A DNA stretch of 64,000 bases from Mobula hypostoma (Eukaryota): NCBI RefSeq assembly GCF_963921235.1, contig NC_086107.1, forward strand, positions 101,930,001 through 101,994,000, read 5' to 3'. This document shows positions 61,666 to 64,000 of this stretch, one piece after another (the first letter of the stretch is position 1; each line of letters begins with the position of its first letter). The notes under the pieces are model-generated. The model saw only the letters and a program-made list of their open reading frames with translations. It made no database searches and had not been told where the DNA came from. The position numbers and the translations under genes were made by a program.

Positions 61666-62871
61666 GACAGTTCCCTCTAAACTCCATGGGTGCGCAGCCG
61701 CACAGTAACTGAACTACTCCCACTCACATAGCCTTTGTTGCTGTGCAGCTAGTTTTTTTTATATAATGTTGTATAATTTTGAAATTATGTTAATGTCATT
61801 TTGAAGTCTATGTTAATTGTAAAATACCTTGTGATTAGATTAGATTAGATTATGAGGACACTCAGTCCTCGTTTACTGTCATTTAGAAATGCATGCATTA
61901 AAAAATGATACAACGTTCCTCCAGAATGATATCACAAGAAAAACACAGGACAAACCGAGACTAAAACTGACAAAACCACATAATTATAACATATAATTAC
62001 AACAGTGCAAAGCAATATCATAACTTGATAAAGAGCAGACCATGGGCACAGTAAAAAAAAAAGTCTGAAAGTCCCGATAGCCTCATCATCTCACGCAGGT
62101 GGCAGAAGAGAGAAACTCTCCCCGCCATGAACCCCCAAGTGCCACCGACCTGCCAGTGCAGCACCATTGGAAGCACCCGACCGCAGTGGACTCTGAGTCA
62201 GTCCGAAAACTTTGAGCCTCCGACCAGCCCCTCCGACACAGCCTCTCCGAGCACCATCCTCTGCAGAGCACTTCGACCCCACCCCGGCCGCCGAGCAACA
62301 AGCAAAGCCGAGGACTCGGGGCCTTCTCCTCCAGAGATTCTGGACCACACAGTAGCAGCAGCAGTGAAGCAGGCATTTCAGAAGTTTCACCAGATGCTCC
62401 TCCATGCTCTCACGTACGTCTCCACCAAATCAGGATTGTGCGCGACACCCTACTTGACAAATAACAGACATCACCACCAGAGTGGCCGCTACAAGCTGCG
62501 TCGCGCCACCATCTTCACCTCCCTACATTCATTTAATTAATTATGCATTAATGAATACAATCTATAAATTTTCTAAGTAATAGACATACCATAACCTTTA
62601 TTTTGAAACATTTTAGAACTTAAACATATTTACATTGTCAGTGATTCAACTTACAACACAGTTACGAATTGTAACAATAAACGCAGAATGGAAGTCAGTA
62701 GCTCATTTTTAATAAACCGCTGACCCGTTGAATGCCGAGATTGTAATATGCATATTATAAAAAAAAAGACATTTAAAGTGCTGTGCAGTTTTCAAGCCAT
62801 GTTTAAAAAAAAATCCTGCTCAAAGCAGTGATTGCTCTGCATACCTGTAAACAATATTACAGAGGATGTTG
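61666..62871. mobile_element. Non-autonomous hAT-like DNA element
   Basis: 8-bp TSD ttggtgat at 61658-61665 and 62872-62879; degenerate inverted ends (gttccctctaa / ttacagaggatgttg). Confidence 0.65.
61833..62516 (-). mobile_element. Young CpG-rich non-autonomous retroelement with (AATCT)n tail
   Basis: Minus strand starts GAAGATGGTGGCGCGACG and ends ...cataatctaatctaatctaatc; no RT. Confidence 0.65.
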
Positions 62872-63459
62872 TTGGTGATATTCACAACTTGAAGCTCTTG
62901 GCCCTCTCAGACTCAAGACCATTGATATAAACCGCCCTCGTCTTGAAATCAATGGTCAGCTCTTTTTGTTGATATTGAAGGAAAGATTGTTGTCATGACA
63001 TCATATTACTAATCTCTCTATCTTCTTCCTGTGTCTGACTCATCATTACTTGAGATGCTATGATAGTATCATCTACAAGCTTGTAGATGGAGCTAGAGCA
63101 GAATCTGGCCACACAGTAATGAGTATACATGAAGTAGAGTAGAGGGATGAGGACACAATCTTGGAGCAGCAGTGTTTTGAAAATGGAGGATGCGCTGCTG
63201 CCTATCCTTAATGATTGAAGTTGAGGATCCAGTTGCAGAGGGACCCTTGACATTCTGATGAACAGACCACATTCAGTAATAATAGGCATCCTTGATATTC
63301 AACATATTCCTGATCCCTGGATTCAATAGCCCCTGTAGCTGCCAATCCTGTTCCTAACCATATGTTCAGACCCCATTCTGAGGGAGATTGGCTGTCATGA
63401 CTATGTTGAATGAGTGCTGACAATAACTCCCAGCCAATTTTATTGATGTTTTCTTCCAG

Positions 63460-63559
63460 AAGCTTCCAAGGTTCACGTGCCTAGTAAGAGGCTCTTGGTC
63501 TCTCGAAGTCTCAAGTACCTTTTCCAAAATACAAGCAAATTTGTCAAGACCTTACAGAG
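63460..63559 (+). CDS. ANKFN1: ANKFN1-like exon H (gene continues beyond window)
   Basis: cag acceptor, gtgagt donor, phase 1 to 2. (E)ASKVHVPSKRLLVSRSLKYLFQNTSKFVKTLQR resembles ANKFN1 SVSRSLKHLFHSSNKFVKTLKR. Confidence 0.9.
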
Positions 63560-64000
63560 GTGAGTATGGTCGCTACTTACCTCTGGAGCCAGGTTGATGC
63601 AAGATGAATGTTCAGAATTAGGAAATGAAGCTCAGAACTGCATGGGTCAGAAAGCTGGAGCGAGGGCTGAGGGAGGTACTTAACAGCTTGAGGGCTCAGG
63701 CAAACAGATACAGGGAGAAGGGACACTGAATCACCATCTGCAGTCAACTCTTAAAGAAATACAAAGCATCTGTTTCAGTTGATTCCCTGGGGTCTGCCAT
63801 CAGTAAGAACTGCATTGAGGTTGACATAAGCTAATTTTCCTGAAAAATTCTCTCAATTAAAAAATTAAATGAAGGATGTTCCTCCTGTTGCTGTGAAACG
63901 AATTTAAAAAAAGAACCCAGGGGATGCAATTTTAACTCAAACTGTCAGGGTATAATCCTGGGTTTATACTTCTCAATGCAGAGGAACATGGAGTAGGACA

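Larger units (their letters stand above)
61030..63265 (-). mobile_element. Rex1/Babar-like fragment split by a hAT-type MITE (pieces ~61030-61665 and 62872-63265)
   Basis: CVLIPLLYFMYTHYCVARFCSSSIYKLVDDT; ttcaggcttctgtatcttctacctgatgg. Confidence 0.72.

Noticed and set aside
1..64000. Prokaryotic-type novel system (retron, CRISPR, RT-based defence locus)
   Set aside because: All RT ORFs carry eukaryotic LINE or PLE motifs, with frameshifts, tails and TSDs. There is no repeat-spacer array or operon, and the host gene is spliced.

Overview
Eukaryotic, intron-rich, repeat-dense DNA. The repeat set (CR1, Rex1/Babar-like, Penelope-like, V-SINE/HE1-like and DeuSINE-like) suggests a cartilaginous fish, probably a ray or shark; this is an inference. 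The only host gene I can support is a + strand ANKFN1-like gene (ankyrin + fibronectin type III). Eight coding exons between 22208 and 63559 have canonical AG/GT sites and consistent phases, and the gene runs off the right edge. Most other recognisable sequence is transposon-derived, often nested 2-4 layers deep with readable target-site duplications (TSDs). It includes CR1, Rex1-like, L1 and Tx1 LINEs, Penelope-like elements (PLEs), SINEs, a solo LTR, and Tc1- and hAT-type MITEs. No prokaryotic-style system (operon, CRISPR, defence island) is present. The most notable hidden structure is a family of minimal hammerhead-ribozyme motifs (CAGTC-CTGANGA-stem II-GAA-ACGT-C-GACTG) at PLE ends. One has an intact core in sense orientation within an ANKFN1 intron, a CUGC core variant recurs, and tiny fold-back PLE insertions break at or within the motif. 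Family calls are by-eye recognition of motifs, with no database search, and boundaries of old elements are approximate.
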